Source: Pseudovirgaria hyperparasitica
Taxonomy: Eukaryota
Assembly: GCA_010093815.1 (NCBI GenBank)
Contig: ML996575.1
DNA length: 64,000 bases
Strand: one strand, 5' to 3'
The position numbers and the translations under genes were made by a program. Below are positions 61,763-64,000 of the stretch, piece after piece. Positions within the stretch are counted from its first letter, which is position 1. The number at the start of each line of letters is the position of its first letter. The notes under the pieces were generated by a model, which saw only the letters and a list, made by a program, of their open reading frames with translations, was not told the origin of the DNA and ran no database searches.

Positions 61763-64000
61763 TCACCTATACAGCTGTCCAACTATAGGCCTCTCGGCAA
61801 GTCTACTAGTGAACGAACAATGCCTGACGCTAGGCGCAACCGTGGACTCATCATCCGGCGAGACATCTCCCCATACGACCTCCTGTACGTGCGCATCATT
61901 ATCTCCAGGCAAGCCATGGCACGCTGCACTGATGACAGCGCTGTTGCTCACTTCCCCAAGGCCATTATGCAGCTTTTTAAATGCACCCAAGCATAACGTC
62001 AGGATTGTCACAAGTAGACATATACATACCAAGCCGATGATGCCCGCACTGGAGTAGCCCAACCTGGAAAGGCGATCATCAGGGTCGATATTATGATTCC
62101 GATCCACACCATCAATACGCACCATAAAGATGCTTTGAGATGTCATCCAGTGTAGTAGCGCTGAAACACCCATCAGAGGCAACGCGTACATGATCGGTAA
62201 TGTGAAGAAGTGAGTCGGCCGCTGGGCACCTCTGGGCCGCTCAGACACTCTAAGGCCCTTGCGACGGACGGCGAGACGATCAAACTCTTCTGCGATGGCC
62301 AATTTGCAGTAGATGTTGTTATATGCAACATACAAGATGGAGAAGCCAAGTTGTGGGATGTTGGCTACTAAGAGAGAAGGCACGATGCCGGAACTACCTA
62401 CATCATCTCCTTGGAATGATGCTAGGGATTGTATGTTCGGAACGCCTAAGCCGTTCGCAAAAGCTGAGCCGTGTGCGCCGTCGATGGCAAAGTATAGAGC
62501 AATTCCTAATACGATGGCGTAGACAGATGATCTGTATTGTCAATTAGATGGTGAGGAAACCAGTCTTCATGATCACGAAACTCACAGGCCGATTGTGGAG
62601 AAGAATTGCACACTGTTTGCGCCATGCCACCAGCGAAGATGTCGGCCGGTGTGAACTTGGGGATCGTAGTGCGCAGCCCAGTTGTCTTTTCGAATCTGTC
62701 TAGAGGAGACTAGACACATTCCTCGCGTTGTCTCATCCTCGAATTGAAGGAATGAGGAGATAGCGTCACCCAATGTGCGCAGGAATTGCCCGACTGGCTT
62801 CTCGAACACTAAATAGGCGATTATAATGGTCTTGATACTGCCGACCACAACGACAGCCAACATTAACCAGACGTTGAATTGTAGCTGGCAAACGTCGGGA
62901 GTTGAGCGGGCTAGACAGCGTGAGATGGGATGGTCAAGTAAGGTCCAGTTCTTGCCATGACTGGTACCCTCTTCCGCCAGTTCCAGACTGCAACGGTCGC
63001 TGTCCTGGCTCGTGCTGTTGAGGATGTCTCGGCATATCCAACGGAAAGGGTCCCCATTGGTACTGGCTTTGTCCATAGAGACAGCACGTTGAGGGTATCG
63101 AGACCAAAGTAAAGGTTCATCCTCAGCATTACTAGTGACAACGAGCAAGTCACTGTACGATTGAGGGAAGCTATTCGAGTAGTTCCTGATGCATGACATG
63201 GTGTCCATCTCAACAAATGCTGAGGCTAGAGTAGGATCGCGACCATCCTTTAGGAGAGAGATCACGGTGGTATCGTTCTCTCTCCAGAATTCGTAAGTGT
63301 TCTTAGTGTCGTAGGAGTTGAACAGCTTAGGTGAGGAATTCTCGACTGAAGGCTGCCATGTCGTATTCGTAAAGTAACCCTCGGTAACAAGCGCGATGGC
63401 GTACTGGTTGGATTGGCTTGACGTGAAGAAAACAGAATTAAAGCTATATCTTCCGTCAGGATAAATAGTCGAATGGGATGGAAGTTGAGCTTACAATAGA
63501 TGTAAAGGCATGGATGTTATCCCGAGAAGCAGCCACAAGATGGCTCTCTTTTTGCTAATGTACTTTAAATTTCGGAGACTTTGGACACCAATTTCAACCC
63601 ATTTTCTTTTCGCATGCGCTCGATCGACCTCATCCCTGGACGGTGCCATCAATCCTTCCATGGCGTACGTAGAAGCTCCAAGTATAAAAGTTGATATGGC
63701 ATTCAGTCCTCCATGAATGCCAGTGTCTGCACGGTGAACATAGCTGCAAGAGCCACGAACAATAGTGCCAGAGCCGTGTTCCACACCAAAATTCCGATAC
63801 ATCCAGATATAGACGACGAGATTGATCACCAGAGCTCCAGTAGAAAGAGCTAAGGCGCGCACAAGACCAGCTTTCCACCCAGCTACGAAGGTATTGTAGA
63901 CTGATGCGAAATGTCCAGTACCAAATTGCTCACGCTCTTTGTGCTCGAGTCTTTCAGGAAAAGATCGCGGGTAATCCACCGTCCAGCTTGGCTCAATTTC
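61763..64000 (-). CDS. Multi-pass membrane protein, DUF6536-like; 5' end lies beyond the window
   Basis: Introns 63444-63494 and 62532-62585; GWKAG, NAISTFILGASTYAM...MAPSRDEVDRAH...WVEIGVQSLRNL, SMPLHLFFNSVFF, LRTLGDAISSFL, ANIPQL, KGLRVS, SNSAVISAACH; frame open to 64000. Confidence 0.85.

Overview
Eukaryotic, intron-containing genomic DNA from a filamentous ascomycete (short GT-AG introns with CTRAC branch points, Zn2Cys6 and bZIP-DUF3425 regulators, AT/TpA-rich RIP-like patches). About 21 protein-coding genes are supported: subtilisin, alpha-carbonic anhydrase, two small Cys-rich proteins, two Zn2Cys6 factors, 6-phosphogluconolactonase, two small membrane proteins, a bZIP factor, a PH-domain protein, Nnf1, two MFS transporters, an EF-hand protein, an alpha/beta hydrolase, a GH31 glycosidase, Ap4A phosphorylase, a C2H2 factor, an HsbA-like protein and a 5'-truncated membrane protein. 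No tRNA, rRNA, CRISPR array or intact transposon was recognised. The standout is the C2H2 zinc-finger gene at 48755, alone in a ~19 kb repeat-rich gene desert. Its TGA stop (50772-50774) is followed by CAATCA (the CARYYA readthrough context), a GC-rich hairpin 8 nt downstream, and 138 further in-frame coding-like codons, which points to programmed stop-codon readthrough. The same gene has two same-phase 5' splice donors (optional 142-aa Ser-rich insert) and a single short uORF. All exon boundaries were derived by eye and family names come from motif recognition, not database searches.
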